Assembly: GCA_964429575.1 (NCBI GenBank)
Contig: CAYSCX010000006.1
Coordinates: 60,440 to 124,439 of the forward strand
Source of the DNA: an uncultured Candidatus Binatia bacterium
GTDB lineage: Bacteria; Desulfobacterota; Binatia; Binatales; Binataceae
Direction of reading: 5' to 3'
Length of the DNA stretch: 64,000 bases
The position numbers and the translations under genes are program-made. Positions 31,741 to 42,685 of this stretch are shown here, piece after piece. Each line of letters starts with the position of its first letter. Position 1 is the first letter of the stretch. The notes under the pieces were generated by a model, which was not told where the DNA came from, did no database searches, and saw only the letters and a program-made list of their open reading frames with translations.

Positions 31741-32826
31741 ATGCCGAATGAATCGCGCCTTGAGTTCTCGACTGACGAACTGCTCGCCAACCTCGCCACG
31801 CGCGACCCGCTCATCGTAAAGGGCGTGCGCTGCCACGGCGGGTTCGACGCTGACGGTCTCTATCGATCGCCTCGTACATTGTGGCGGGTGCCCGCCGTCG
31901 CGGCATGGCAAGAAAAACACACCGCGACATCGCCGTGTCCGCTCTACGACATACCGCGCGAGATCATTCCGCCGCATCTCCCGAGCGTCGAGCAAGCGAA
32001 GTTCATGCTGCGTGAAGGCGTGCGCGAGCCGCTGGTTCGAATGCTCACCGAAATCGCAATCATCGAAGGCTTCGGCGCGATGATCCGCGACCTGCCGGTG
32101 CCGCCGCTCGCGTCGTTCATTCGCGAAGACACCCGCGGCACTGCACTCGCGCATCTATCGGGCGGACTCTTCGAAGCGCACGCGCGCGACGAAGCAGGAT
32201 GGAGCGAGGAGGGCGGCCATCGCCAGATGTGGGATGCAGCCCGCGACGCTGCGCTGTCAAATCCCGCAATCTCACCGGAGATCTACACGAACATCATCGC
32301 GCGACGCCCGGGCGCTCCGCCCACGCCGATGTTCCCCGAGCTCGGCGAACCGGTGGAGCGGCTCATCCGCTTCATGGTCAACGTGTGCGCGATAGAAGTC
32401 TTCGCGATGTCCACTTTCGAGTGGGCGGAAGCGGTTCTGTCAGATGCGTCGGTCTCCGACGCGCCCGACGACGCCGCGAATCTGGTGCGCTACATCCGCT
32501 CCGACGAATCGCCTCACGTCGAGTACCTGCGCACCGGCCTCTCGGAACTTTCTGCGCGCACGCTCATCACAACTGACGGCAAGGAGATCGCCGGCAAGCA
32601 CGTCGTGGACAGATTGACCGAGCGCACACTGCGCATGATGGTGCGTCAGCGCGTCAACGATCGCCCCGCGATGGTGCGCGAATTGGTGCGCCGATTCGCC
32701 GACAAGCCGGACGTCGAGCATTTCCTCGCAAAGTACGACTCGCTCGCGACGCCGTGGATGCCGCCCGAGCCGTACCGGGATCTCATGGCGGCTGGCGGCA
32801 CCGGCACGACGCCCAGCTACTCGTAG
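31741..32826 (+). CDS. Ferritin-like di-iron protein of unknown function
   Basis: IIE...EEGGH...AIE...DESPH ligand pattern. Confidence 0.7.
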   Translation: MPNESRLEFSTDELLANLATRDPLIVKGVRCHGGFDADGLYRSPRTLWRVPAVAAWQEKHTATSPCPLYDIPREIIPPHLPSVEQAKFMLREGVREPLVRMLTEIAIIEGFGAMIRDLPVPPLASFIREDTRGTALAHLSGGLFEAHARDEAGWSEEGGHRQMWDAARDAALSNPAISPEIYTNIIARRPGAPPTPMFPELGEPVERLIRFMVNVCAIEVFAMSTFEWAEAVLSDASVSDAPDDAANLVRYIRSDESPHVEYLRTGLSELSARTLITTDGKEIAGKHVVDRLTERTLRMMVRQRVNDRPAMVRELVRRFADKPDVEHFLAKYDSLATPWMPPEPYRDLMAAGGTGTTPSYS

Positions 32827-32834
32827 AGCCGCCG

Positions 32835-33221
32835 CTACTTCGAGCGCTTCTTCGCAGGCTGAAACAGGTCAAGCCCGTTGCCGCTCGGGTCGGCGAGGTT
32901 CGCCAACGCGCCCATCGGGCTTCGCCTCAACTTGCCTTCGAGCTTGCCGCCTGCGGCGACTGCGCGCTTCACGGCCCTTCGGATGTCGGGGACGACAAAG
33001 TCGAGATGCACGGGCGTCCAGTGGCGGCGGTAGTCGCGCCGGATCTTCCCGTCGCGTCCGGACTTGATCTTCATGATCCAAAACGTCTGGCCGCCGACTT
33101 TGATCTGCGCCCACTCGGGTTCGTGCCGCGCGACCTTTAGCCCAAGCCCCTCACCGTAGAACTTGACCGCGCGATCGACATCGTCCACGTCGATGCAGAC
33201 ATTGAACTTCGTCATGACCAC
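32835..33221 (-). CDS. VOC/glyoxalase family protein
   Basis: DVDDVDRAVKFY, HLDFVV, DPSGNG. Confidence 0.88.
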   Translation of the reverse strand: MVMTKFNVCIDVDDVDRAVKFYGEGLGLKVARHEPEWAQIKVGGQTFWIMKIKSGRDGKIRRDYRRHWTPVHLDFVVPDIRRAVKRAVAAGGKLEGKLRRSPMGALANLADPSGNGLDLFQPAKKRSK

Positions 33222-33234
33222 CCCCTGTTGAGCC

Positions 33235-34542
33235 TCACGGTTCCAACCGTTCCATCATCCGCGGAAACGGGATGCACTCGCGGATGTGATGTATCCCGCA
33301 GAGCCAGCCGACCATCCGCTCGATACCCATCCCAAATCCCGCGTGCGGCACCGAACCGTAGCGCCGCAAGTCGAGGTACCAGTTGAACGGCTCGATCGGC
33401 AATCCATGCTCGACGATCTTGCGATGCAACGTCTCGTAGTCGTCCTCGCGCTGCCCGCCGCCGACGATCTCACCGTGCCCCTCTGGCGCGATCATGTCCA
33501 CGCACAGCGCTACTTCCGGCCGCTCCGGATCCTGTTTCATGTAGAATGCCTTGCATTGCGTCGGGTAACGATGAATCATCACCGGCGTTTCGAACTCGCT
33601 CGATAGCGCAGTCTCTTCATCGCCGCCAAAATCGCCGCCCCACTTGATCTCCATCCCCTTCGCGCGGAGCCGCTCGAGGGCTTCGTCGTACGAGATGCGC
33701 GGGTATGGAGTCGCCGCCGCGCGTTGCAGCGGCGCGAGGTCGCGTTCGAGTGTCTTGAGTTCGGTGGCACGCCGCTCGAGCACGCGCCGCACCAGGAACG
33801 ACACCAGATCCTCGGCGAGCTGCATGTCTTCGTCGAGCGTGAAGAATGCGACCTCCGGCTCGACCATCCAGAATTCCGTCAGATGGCGCCGAGTCTTGGA
33901 CTTCTCCGCGCGAAACGTCGGGCCGAACGTGTAGACTTTGCCGAATGCGAGCGCGCCCGCCTCGGCGTAAAGCTGCCCGCTTTGCGTCAGATACGCTTTG
34001 CGCTCTCCGAAGTAGTCGAGCTCGAAAAGACTGGTGGTGCCCTCGCACGAGGTCGGTGTGAGGATCGGCGCATCGAACAGCACGAAACCACGCTCGTTGA
34101 AAAAATCCCGGCATGCCGTCTCGACTTCGCTTCGTATCCGCAAAATCGCGTGTTGCCGCGCCGACCGGATCCACAGATGACGCTGGTCGAGCAGAAACGC
34201 GACGCCGTGATCCTTTGGCGTGATCGGATAGTCGTGTGCCGCGGCAACTTGGTGAATCGTCTTCACGGAAAGCTCGAACCCGCCCGGTGCGCGCTTGTCC
34301 GCGCGGACGGTGCCCGTCACCTCGAGCGACGTCTCCTGTCCGAGGTGATCCGCCGCGGCAAACGCATCTGCGCCAACGTCCGCCAATGACGCGACGCACT
34401 GGCATACACCGGTGCCGTCACGCACCAGGAGAAAATGCACCTTGCCGCTCGAACGACGGTTGTAGAGCCATCCGCGCAGCGTCACTTCCTCGCCGACGTG
34501 ACGAGGCAGGTCCTCGATGTAAACCCATGTCATGTGTCCCAT
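33235..34542 (-). CDS. asnS: Asparagine--tRNA ligase
   Basis: OB fold, [41 protein letters not shown]. Confidence 0.97.
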   Translation of the reverse strand: MGHMTWVYIEDLPRHVGEEVTLRGWLYNRRSSGKVHFLLVRDGTGVCQCVASLADVGADAFAAADHLGQETSLEVTGTVRADKRAPGGFELSVKTIHQVAAAHDYPITPKDHGVAFLLDQRHLWIRSARQHAILRIRSEVETACRDFFNERGFVLFDAPILTPTSCEGTTSLFELDYFGERKAYLTQSGQLYAEAGALAFGKVYTFGPTFRAEKSKTRRHLTEFWMVEPEVAFFTLDEDMQLAEDLVSFLVRRVLERRATELKTLERDLAPLQRAAATPYPRISYDEALERLRAKGMEIKWGGDFGGDEETALSSEFETPVMIHRYPTQCKAFYMKQDPERPEVALCVDMIAPEGHGEIVGGGQREDDYETLHRKIVEHGLPIEPFNWYLDLRRYGSVPHAGFGMGIERMVGWLCGIHHIRECIPFPRMMERLEP

Positions 34543-34624
34543 TTAAGCACACCGCCGCCACTGGCAAACGCCGCAACCAGCGTCGCGCCCGCGCGATGCG
34601 TCAGGTACTGTGAGGCGAGGCCGG

Positions 34625-35233
34625 ATGAACGCGTTCGACTATCTTGTCATCACGGTCACGGCGCTCGGGGCGATTTACGGACTCACGCGCGGAGTCCTGC
34701 GCATGGCGACGTCGCTGATCTCGCTGCTCGCCGCGCTTTACTTCGCGTCGATATACTATCCGTTGGCCGGCAACTTCTCGGAGCAGCAGTTCGGCCTCGA
34801 TCCGACCATCGGATCGATCATCGGGTACGTCGCCGTTTTCGCGATCGTATTCATCGCGATCGAAATTCTTGGGCGCGCCATTATCCGCGTCACCCGTGTC
34901 GTGCACATGGGGTGGGTGGATCGGCTTGCGGGAAGCGTTCTCGGCGCGGCGGTGGTCGCGGTGGCGGGTGGGGTGTTGGTCACAATGCTGACGGTTGTGC
35001 TCCCGGTCGATGCGCCGTTCCTGCGCGATTCACAACTCGCGCCTCAACTACTCACCTACAATGAAAGTTTGATGAGCTACGTGCCCGCCGGACTGAAAGA
35101 CACCTATCGCGAAAAGCGTGACATGCTGGTGACGTACTGGATCACTCATCAGCCGACGAACGGAGGCTCGTCCGCCGACGAGCCCGCGCCACCGATGACA
35201 CCTTCGCCGGAACCATCACCGGCTGAACACTGA
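34625..35233 (+). CDS. cvpA: CvpA family membrane protein
   Basis: MNxFD start, GLTRG, DRLAGSVLG, SQLAP. Confidence 0.85.
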   Translation: MNAFDYLVITVTALGAIYGLTRGVLRMATSLISLLAALYFASIYYPLAGNFSEQQFGLDPTIGSIIGYVAVFAIVFIAIEILGRAIIRVTRVVHMGWVDRLAGSVLGAAVVAVAGGVLVTMLTVVLPVDAPFLRDSQLAPQLLTYNESLMSYVPAGLKDTYREKRDMLVTYWITHQPTNGGSSADEPAPPMTPSPEPSPAEH

Positions 35234-35322
35234 ATCAGAAAATTGCGCGTTCAAACGCGCGCGCCGCGCCAGTTCGGCGCGGCGCTGATGCAAATCCACC
35301 TGTGCGAAGAGAAAGCGTGCGC

Positions 35323-35658
35323 TCAAGCTACCAAGGCGGCGTCGAGCGCCTTGACCAGATGTCCGCGCGGGACTGCGCCGACGATCTGATCCTTCACTTG
35401 GCCGTCCTTGATTATGAGCAGATTCGGAATGCCGCGCACGCCGAATTTCGCGGCGGTGTCGGGATTGTCATCGACGTTGAGCTTCACGACCTTGAGCTTG
35501 CCTGAGTACTCATTGGCGAGGTCATCGAGAATCGGCGCGATCGCTTTGCACGGCCCGCACCAAGGCGCCCAGAAATCGACCAGAACCAGTGTGCTCGACT
35601 TCAGCACTTCCTGCTCGAAGTTGGTGTCGGTAACGTGGACGACTTTATCGCTGGACAT
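35323..35658 (-). CDS. trxA: Thioredoxin
   Basis: DFWAPWCGPCK, cis-Pro GIP. Confidence 0.97.
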   Translation of the reverse strand: MSSDKVVHVTDTNFEQEVLKSSTLVLVDFWAPWCGPCKAIAPILDDLANEYSGKLKVVKLNVDDNPDTAAKFGVRGIPNLLIIKDGQVKDQIVGAVPRGHLVKALDAALVA

Positions 35659-35764
35659 TTCGCTTTTCTCCTCGATTCTCGGTCGCAACCATTAACGTAG
35701 GTACCCGATCTCAGGCAGTCAAGGCGGCATTTCATCCTGTGCGGATATCGCGCAACCCCGGTGA

Positions 35765-36769
35765 CTAACGCATCGACGCCGCCGCCGAATGGCGTTCCTT
35801 CGCGCCGCCGCTCGCCAGCGCACCGGCGCGTGTGAGCGCCGCCTCCGTCTCGCGCAGTAGATCCGCGAAGACCTCTGCTGCCGGTTTGATCTCCTTGATC
35901 ATCCCCGCACCCTGCCCACATGGCATGAAAGTGCGATCCGGGTCCGCGTCGGTGTCGCCCGCTCCCGTGTAATCCATCACGCCGTTCTGACGCGAAATCA
36001 TCGCCTGCTGTGGGAACGGTTTGATCTTCGACGGGTCGCGCTCCCACTCGATCGCGTATGAAGTCCTGATCACGCGGCACGGTTTGCCCGAGTAGCAGCG
36101 TGTCCGCATCGTGGAATCTTCCTTCGCCTTGACGATCGCTTCGCGATAGCCGTTCGCCGCGTGCGCCTCGGGCGTCGCGATGAACCTCGTGCCGACCACC
36201 ACGCCCTGCGCGCCGAGCGTCAACGCCGCCGCGATTTGCCGCCCATCGGCGATCCCGCCCGCGGCGAGCACCGGCAGTTTCACCGTGTCGATCATTTGCG
36301 GCACCAGCGAGAGCATTCCAATTTCACCCGTGTGACCGCCCGCCTCGGTGCCCTGCGCGACCACCACGTCGGCTCCGGCCGCCTGCGACTTTTCGCCGTG
36401 ATGCACCTTCCCGCACATCACCACCACCTTCATCCCGTGCTCGTGCATGGTCTGGATGAACTCGGACGGCACCGCGAGACCGGCGACGAAGATGCGAATC
36501 TTCTCTTCGATCAATACCGGCATGAATGGGCGAATCATTTCCGGGAGCGGCGCGAGGAGATCGACCGCGAATGGCTTGTCGGTGAGTTCGCGGGTCTTGC
36601 GGATTTCAGCGCGCATCTCGTCGGGATTCAGCGATGCTGCACCGATGACCCCGAGCCCGCCCGCGTTCGACACTGCCGCAACCAGCTTGTGCATTGCGAC
36701 GCCGCCCATGCCTGCAAGCAGGATGGGGTACTTGATTCCAAAGTAGTCGCAGATGGGAGTGTGAAGCAT
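35765..36769 (-). CDS. Nitronate monooxygenase / FabK-like flavoprotein, second paralog
   Basis: AGMGG, QGTEAGGHTG, AAGGIADGR. Confidence 0.9.
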   Translation of the reverse strand: MLHTPICDYFGIKYPILLAGMGGVAMHKLVAAVSNAGGLGVIGAASLNPDEMRAEIRKTRELTDKPFAVDLLAPLPEMIRPFMPVLIEEKIRIFVAGLAVPSEFIQTMHEHGMKVVVMCGKVHHGEKSQAAGADVVVAQGTEAGGHTGEIGMLSLVPQMIDTVKLPVLAAGGIADGRQIAAALTLGAQGVVVGTRFIATPEAHAANGYREAIVKAKEDSTMRTRCYSGKPCRVIRTSYAIEWERDPSKIKPFPQQAMISRQNGVMDYTGAGDTDADPDRTFMPCGQGAGMIKEIKPAAEVFADLLRETEAALTRAGALASGGAKERHSAAASMR

Positions 36770-36936
36770 CGCTGACCTCCTCGGGTAAGCCGCGACCGCG
36801 CTGGCTCCCCACGCGACCTATACTTTGCCGAGCGAGAGCCAGGCAAGGCCGCGGTGCGCGCCGGGTTTCGCCGGTCGCGAAGCGCGGGTGAAACGCGCTC
36901 GGCGCTCGGCTAAGTTATTCGTCCCTGACGAAACGC

Positions 36937-37025
36937 GGAGAGGTGGCCGAGCCCGGTTTAAGGCGCACGCCTGGAGAGCGTGTAGACTCGGAAGGGTCTC
37001 GGGGGTTCAAATCCCCCCCTCTCCG
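36937..37025 (+). tRNA. tRNA-Ser: tRNA-Ser(GGA), CCA not encoded
   Basis: GGAGAGG/CCTCTCC acceptor stem, anticodon arm cacgc-ctGGAga-gcgtg, long variable arm, GTTCAAATC T loop. Confidence 0.95.
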
Positions 37026-37222
37026 CCCCCGAGTCTCCGACATTCAGCGCTCTCCGCAATGACTGGCAATATTCGCTCGTTTGCGCGCGAGTTCCGCGAT
37101 CACCTGGCACCGGAAAACGCGAACATGCGCACGTGTTGCGACGGTCGCAAAGATTTCTCTCTGTTGCGGGATCGTCCGGTGCCACGCGACCACGCAGTCA
37201 ATCGCAAATGATGGGCGAACTC
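37021..37222 (+). repeat. ~200-bp tRNA-adjacent repeat, copy A
   Basis: Shares tccgcc.ccgagtctccg, caccgga, gatttctctctgttgcg, cggtgccacg, atcgc.aat and ggcgaa in the same order with copies B and C. Confidence 0.85.
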
Positions 37223-37428
37223 GCTCTACCGACGATCGATCAAACGGGGCGACGGCTCCAAGCCTGCAGCGGCGGTGATGTGTCTCGCGGTCGCGGTGCG
37301 CACAACCCCGCGGGCGAGCGTGTGCTTTTACCGACGGCTAGCGTCGATCCCTAGGCGATCCAGCTTGGAGACGAAAATGGCGATTGCAGGCGATCCAGCA
37401 TCGCAGTAGCTTCACCGTCGGGTGCTCT

Positions 37429-38034
37429 ATGCGCGTCGCGGCCGCGATTGCAATATGGGCCATCTTGGCTGCAACCCTCTCACATGCGGGCGTGTTTAGA
37501 TCAACTCCAGGCGAGTTGACGCTCGCGTTTCCTGCAGCGGTGCTCGCGCCGCTTGCAATCTTCCTCGTTCTGTATCGCGCAGCGCCTCGATTCAGGGACT
37601 TTGTGCTCACGCTGGACGTACGGCTCCTTGCGGTCATGCAGTCGTGGCGCGTCTTGGGACTCATGTTTCTGCAGCTCTGCTGGCTGGGTTTGCTGCCAAG
37701 ATTCTTCGCGTACCCCGCCGGCCTTGGAGACGCTGCAATTGGGATGAGTGCACCGTTTGTCGCGTCGGCTATAGTCCGCGACCCGACTCGAGCGGCTACG
37801 CGAGCCTTTGTCTTTTGGAACCTGCTCGGAATCCTTGACTTCATCGTCGCGCTTACGGCGGGGACCTTGATGTCGGGCACGTGGCCCCGATTCGTGGGTG
37901 ATGGTCCGACGACTCGACTCATGCGCGAATTTCCGCTGGCGATGATTCCCACGTTTGCTGTGCCACTCTTTACGATGCTGCACCTGACCGCAATCTTTCA
38001 GGCGCGCACGGCTCATCGCGCTCAAGGAGTTTGA
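37429..38034 (+). CDS. Integral membrane protein, start uncertain
   Basis: Multiple TM segments; QSWR, AGLGD, WNLLGILD, PLAMIPTFAVP. Confidence 0.7.
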   Translation: MRVAAAIAIWAILAATLSHAGVFRSTPGELTLAFPAAVLAPLAIFLVLYRAAPRFRDFVLTLDVRLLAVMQSWRVLGLMFLQLCWLGLLPRFFAYPAGLGDAAIGMSAPFVASAIVRDPTRAATRAFVFWNLLGILDFIVALTAGTLMSGTWPRFVGDGPTTRLMREFPLAMIPTFAVPLFTMLHLTAIFQARTAHRAQGV

Positions 38035-38214
38035 TGACCACCAGCGTCTGAAGGGTCCGAGGCCCATTTTAGGTTGAGGGAGGAAGATTCGCGATCGAGA
38101 TAGCCGCATTTCCGCGGCTTTTCGGGGTGCGCGCCGAGCCCGTTAGTCCGACCCATCCAATGTCGAAACGAATTCCAATGGAAAACAAAAACGCTCTGCG
38201 AGGAGGATACTAGA

Positions 38215-38724
38215 ATGGCGAACAGGGGTTTTTCTCACATCGGGCTATCGACGCTTGATCTCGACAAAACGAAAGACTTCTACGAAAACGTCCTCGGCTT
38301 CAAAACGGTCAGGTTCGATGAGATCGAGATCAAGGAAGGCGGTCGAATTCGCCACGCCATTATGGATGCCGGGCATGATCAGCTTATCGCCTTCATGGAG
38401 GCGCGCGACGTGCCGGGAATCCCCAAGGAGTACGACGCTGGGATCAACCGCGGGTTGGGTCTGCCGAGTGCCTTCTATCATTTCGCGTTCGAGGCCGGTA
38501 ACGAGGGCGCGCTGGAACAAAAGCGTCTGGAGCTTATCGCCAAGGGCGTCAAAGTGACTGACGTGTATGATCACGATTGGGCCAAGTCCATCTACTTCAA
38601 AGATCCCAACGGCATCCAGCTGGAATTTTGCTGCTATACGCGTGACCTTCTAAAGGAAGATGGCGAGTTGAAAACGCGAATCAAGGCCTCGGTCGCGCAG
38701 CTGGGACTCGATCCAGCCAAATAG
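38215..38724 (+). CDS. VOC/glyoxalase family protein
   Basis: SHIGL, YHFAF, SIYFKDPNGIQLE; GAGGAGG RBS. Confidence 0.9.
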   Translation: MANRGFSHIGLSTLDLDKTKDFYENVLGFKTVRFDEIEIKEGGRIRHAIMDAGHDQLIAFMEARDVPGIPKEYDAGINRGLGLPSAFYHFAFEAGNEGALEQKRLELIAKGVKVTDVYDHDWAKSIYFKDPNGIQLEFCCYTRDLLKEDGELKTRIKASVAQLGLDPAK

Positions 38725-38813
38725 TTCAAGCACCCGTTCTGGTGCCTTTAGCCGAAGTGTCGCGATTCCATGGCCGCGGAGATTTGTGCTTCGCGAGCGG
38801 CGGAGGGTTCAAA

Positions 38814-39431
38814 ATGGGTAACCGTGTAAAGGAAGTAGGTCTCGCGGAAGCTACACCCGAGACCCGGGCAATCTACCAGCGGATATTCGGCGATCGCGAT
38901 CCCGTCGCGCAGCCAGGCACCGCGACGGGATCGCGAGGAGATTACTGGACCACGCTCGCGCTGGTGCCTGACATCTTCAAGCTGTCGACCGAGATTGTCT
39001 GGGGGCTTCTCGCGCCCGGTCGAAAGCTTGCTCCGGCGCTGCGGGAACTGGCGATCTTACGCACCGCGATAGTGGGTGACTGCAAATTCGAGTACTCGCA
39101 ACATCTCAAGGTTTCCCGAATGCCTGAGATGGTCGCGATCCCTGAAGAAAAGCTCGCAGCGATCAAGAGCTGGACGACCTCCAACAAGTACACAGCAGCG
39201 GAACGCGCGCTCATGGCAGCCACCGACGAGCTCATCGGACGCAACATGGTCGAGGACGCGACCTTTGCCGAATTGAAGCGCCACCTGAGCGACGAACAAA
39301 TCGTGGAGTTGTTCTACGTGATCACAACGTACCGAATGCACGGCATGATGCTACGCGCGCTACATCTCGAGTTCGACAACGACACCACCTTGCGAATGCG
39401 GGAAGTCCCGGCTCCTGCCGCGAAGGGTTAA
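38814..39431 (+). CDS. Carboxymuconolactone decarboxylase/AhpD-like protein
   Basis: LRELAILR..CKFEYSQH, ERALMAATDE, IVEL. Confidence 0.85.
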   Translation: MGNRVKEVGLAEATPETRAIYQRIFGDRDPVAQPGTATGSRGDYWTTLALVPDIFKLSTEIVWGLLAPGRKLAPALRELAILRTAIVGDCKFEYSQHLKVSRMPEMVAIPEEKLAAIKSWTTSNKYTAAERALMAATDELIGRNMVEDATFAELKRHLSDEQIVELFYVITTYRMHGMMLRALHLEFDNDTTLRMREVPAPAAKG

Positions 39432-39487
39432 GCGAGTTTTTCGGACTGCGTGCCCGGCAGCGAGGCATTCAAACCAATGTGAGCGGT

Positions 39488-39894
39488 TGTGGTTCCTCAA
39501 AACCTGATCCGCGCGAACGGAGACGCAAAGGGTGGCCCGGACGGCTCGCCGTGGCGCCGTAGGGCGATCTCGGATCCCCATCGCACGAATGCGGCGGGTG
39601 TAGGCTGGACCGAATGCACCGTCGCGGTCGCGCAGCAGATACCGGGGCGCCGTGTCCAGTGGCTCCGCAAAACCTGATCGAAGCGCACGGAGACGCAAAT
39701 GGGTCGCTCGTACGGCGCGCGGCCGCAGAAATGGCGACGCTCAACGCACGCAAACAAAGCTGACTGCGGCTACGCTACCGACAAGCAAGCAAGGACGAGA
39801 ACGCATATCGAAACGCGAGCATGCCGCGAAGGCCGCGGCGGCGAATCGCAAAACTCTAGTCTTTTCGCGACGTTCGGAGTTCTCAGTAGGCACA
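39488..39894 (-). mobile_element. Internally deleted relic of the integrase-core IS family at 52910-53977
   Basis: APRYLLRDRDGAFG fragment; left end 39855-39894 matches 53938-53977; two right-end-like tgg.tcc.caaaacc repeats. Confidence 0.75.
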
Positions 39895-40036
39895 ACCTCC
39901 GCAATCATGGCGAGAGGTGTTTCCCATGACGAGCGTGTTTGATCAATCCGGTCGGAACTGATCGCTTCACCGCCTCTCGCGTTCTCGATCTCCTTCAAAA
40001 CCTACAAATTAGCGTGAGAAGGCGTGGTTTGACGTA

Positions 40037-41620
40037 ATGTTGAACAATGTTGTACCCACAGGCCTGCTCGATCGAGTTTTTCGCCTCGTGACTGCGGTAC
40101 CTCATCAGAGCGTCGTGATTATCGGCGCCGGTCCCGCCGGCCTCAGCGCCGGCTACGAACTCGTCCGCGGCGGCCACAAGGTCGTCGTCCTGGAGCAGGA
40201 CCCGCGCTACGTCGGCGGTCTCGCGCGCACGGTCGAATACCGCGGTTTTCGCTTCGACATCGGCGGCCATCGGTTCTTCTCCAAGAACCCGGAGATCGAG
40301 GCGATGTGGACCGAGCTCATGGGCGAGCGGATGCGTGTGCGGGCGCGCCTTTCGCGCATCCATTACCGCGGACGCTTCTTCAAGTACCCGCTCGAACCTT
40401 TTGACGCGCTCCGCAATCTCGGCCCGCTCGAAGCGTTTTCGTGCCTGTCGAGCTATCTGGGCGCTCCCCGCAAATTCGACAAGCCCGCGCGCAGTTTCGA
40501 GGATTGGGTGGTGCGCTCGTTCGGACGCCGCCTCTACGAAATCTTCTTCCGCAGCTACACGGAGAAGGTCTGGGGCATCCCGTGCGGCGACATCAGCGCC
40601 GAATGGGCCGCGCAGCGCATCCGCGGCCTCTCGCTCGGATCGATCATCCGCCGCCTGATGCCGCTGCCGATTCGCGGCGCGGGCGTAATCAAGACCCTGG
40701 TCGATCGTTTCCGCTATCCACCGCACGGCCCGGGCGAGGTTTGGGAGCGCGTCGCTTCGATCGTCCGCGACGGCGGCGGCGAAATCAGGATGGGCGAGCG
40801 GGTGGTCGGCGTCGAACGACGGGCCGGGCGCGTCACTTCGGTCGCCACCGAAAGCAAAGCCGCCCGAAGCTCGTGGCGCGGCGATCATTTCATTTCCACC
40901 ATGTCGCTCGCCGACCTGGTGGCCGCACTCGATCCGCCGGCGCCGCGCGAAATCGTCGCAAGTGCCCGTGCGCTGCGCTTCCGCGATTTCATCACGGTCG
41001 CATTGATCCTCGAACGGCCGGCCGTCTTTCCCGACAACTGGATTTACGTCCACGAGCCGGGCGTGCGCGTCGCGCGCATCCAGAATTTCAAGAACTGGAG
41101 TCCGGACATGGTCCCGGATGCGCGCTTCACCATGCTCGGGATGGAGTACTTCTGCTCGCAAGACGATTCGATGTGGTCAAGCTCGGACCAGGAACTGATC
41201 TCGATTGCGGCAGGCGAGCTGGCCGCGCTGGGACTCGCACCGCGCGATTCGGTGGTCGACGGCACCGTGGTCCGCCAACCCAAGGCCTACCCGGTTTACG
41301 ATCACGGCTATCGCGCGAACGTCGCGCGCGTGCGATCGTTCATCGAAGATGCGGCGCCCAATCTGCAAGTGGCCGGCCGCAACGGGATGCACAAGTACGA
41401 CAATCAGGACCACGCGATGCTGACCGGCATGATGGCGGCGCGCAATATCATGGGCGAATCGTTGGACCTCTGGCGCGTCAATTCCGACGCCGAATACCTC
41501 GAAGAAGAACCCGACGCCGCCGCCGAGGGCGGCAGAAGTCAGCCCGCCCCGATCCGTCCCATGCGTGATGCGATCGAGCTCGAGCAGCTCGACCTCGCCT
41601 CTGTTCCGAGTGACAACTGA
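40037..41620 (+). CDS. FAD-dependent oxidoreductase, UDP-galactopyranose mutase/HemY-like
   Basis: GAGPAG, DIGGHRFFSK, YTEKVWG, GRNGMHKYDNQDHAM. Confidence 0.85.
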   Translation: MLNNVVPTGLLDRVFRLVTAVPHQSVVIIGAGPAGLSAGYELVRGGHKVVVLEQDPRYVGGLARTVEYRGFRFDIGGHRFFSKNPEIEAMWTELMGERMRVRARLSRIHYRGRFFKYPLEPFDALRNLGPLEAFSCLSSYLGAPRKFDKPARSFEDWVVRSFGRRLYEIFFRSYTEKVWGIPCGDISAEWAAQRIRGLSLGSIIRRLMPLPIRGAGVIKTLVDRFRYPPHGPGEVWERVASIVRDGGGEIRMGERVVGVERRAGRVTSVATESKAARSSWRGDHFISTMSLADLVAALDPPAPREIVASARALRFRDFITVALILERPAVFPDNWIYVHEPGVRVARIQNFKNWSPDMVPDARFTMLGMEYFCSQDDSMWSSSDQELISIAAGELAALGLAPRDSVVDGTVVRQPKAYPVYDHGYRANVARVRSFIEDAAPNLQVAGRNGMHKYDNQDHAMLTGMMAARNIMGESLDLWRVNSDAEYLEEEPDAAAEGGRSQPAPIRPMRDAIELEQLDLASVPSDN

Positions 41621-41631
41621 GAATCCCCGCA

Positions 41632-42678
41632 ATGCCGCCAGTCGAACAAGATTCCACGGCGCCCGCTCTGACGGCGGTCGTCCCCGCGCGCAATGCCGCT
41701 GCGACGCTCCCGCGATGCCTCGACGCGCTCATCGCTCAGGCTTCCGCAGCGCCGTTCTCTGTCGAGATCGTCGTCGTCGATGACTTCTCCGAGGACGAAA
41801 CCGCTGCGATCGCGGGGCGCTACCCGGTTCGTCTGATCCAACTTAGACGCCACCTCGGCGCGGCCGCCGCGCGCAACCGCGGTGCCGAGGTCGCCCGCGC
41901 GCCGCTTCTGTTTTTCCTCGACGCCGATGTCGTCCTCGTTTCCGGCGCACTCGATCGCGCTTTTTCGGCGATCGCCAATCCGGCCGTCGGCGCGGTAATC
42001 GGTTCCTACGACGACGATCCCGCCGAGCCTTCGAACGTCAGCCGCTTTAAAAATCTTGTCCATCACTATTTCCACCAGCGCTCGGGCCCCCGTGCCACGA
42101 CCTTCTGGAGCGGATGCGGCCTAGTGCGGCGAGAAGTCTTCGTGAACGCCGGCGGTTTCGACGAAGATCGGTTCACGCTGGAGGATGTCGAGTTGGGCTA
42201 CCGGATGGCCGCGCAGGGCGTTCGAATCGACCTCGACCCTGGGCTGCAGGTCAAGCACCTCAAGCGCTGGACGTTTCGATCGCTGCTCGCTACCGATGTG
42301 CTGCTTCGTGGGATCCCATGGACGCTGATGTGGCTGGAAGGCCGCCGCCTCCCATCCGGCCTGAACTTCTCCGCCGACCAACGAATCGCCGCGGTGGTCG
42401 CGCTCGCGCTTGCACTCGCGGTTTTCGCGGCGCTGTTCAATCCCGCCGCTTGGCCGCTCTTGCCCGCGCTGGTCGTGCTCGGCATCTGGATCAATCGCGG
42501 CTTGTACCGTTTGTTCTTACGCAAGGGCGGAATCTGGTTCGCCGTAGAGGGCTTCGTCCTTCAGCAATTCTACTACTTATATTCCCTGTTCAGTTTGGCT
42601 GCGGGCGTTTCGATCTTCGCCTGGCGCACTTTTACTCGCCGTTTCGTAGCGATGGTGAGGCGCGCGGACGCGCACTAG
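41632..42678 (+). CDS. Glycosyltransferase family 2 with C-terminal TM segments
   Basis: VVPARN, VVDDFS, ARNRG, FLDAD, EDVELGYR. Confidence 0.92.
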   Translation: MPPVEQDSTAPALTAVVPARNAAATLPRCLDALIAQASAAPFSVEIVVVDDFSEDETAAIAGRYPVRLIQLRRHLGAAAARNRGAEVARAPLLFFLDADVVLVSGALDRAFSAIANPAVGAVIGSYDDDPAEPSNVSRFKNLVHHYFHQRSGPRATTFWSGCGLVRREVFVNAGGFDEDRFTLEDVELGYRMAAQGVRIDLDPGLQVKHLKRWTFRSLLATDVLLRGIPWTLMWLEGRRLPSGLNFSADQRIAAVVALALALAVFAALFNPAAWPLLPALVVLGIWINRGLYRLFLRKGGIWFAVEGFVLQQFYYLYSLFSLAAGVSIFAWRTFTRRFVAMVRRADAH

Positions 42679-42685
42679 GGACGCG

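Noticed and set aside
39995-41161. 388-aa minus-strand ORF
   Set aside because: Antisense to the FAD oxidoreductase, which has clear motifs
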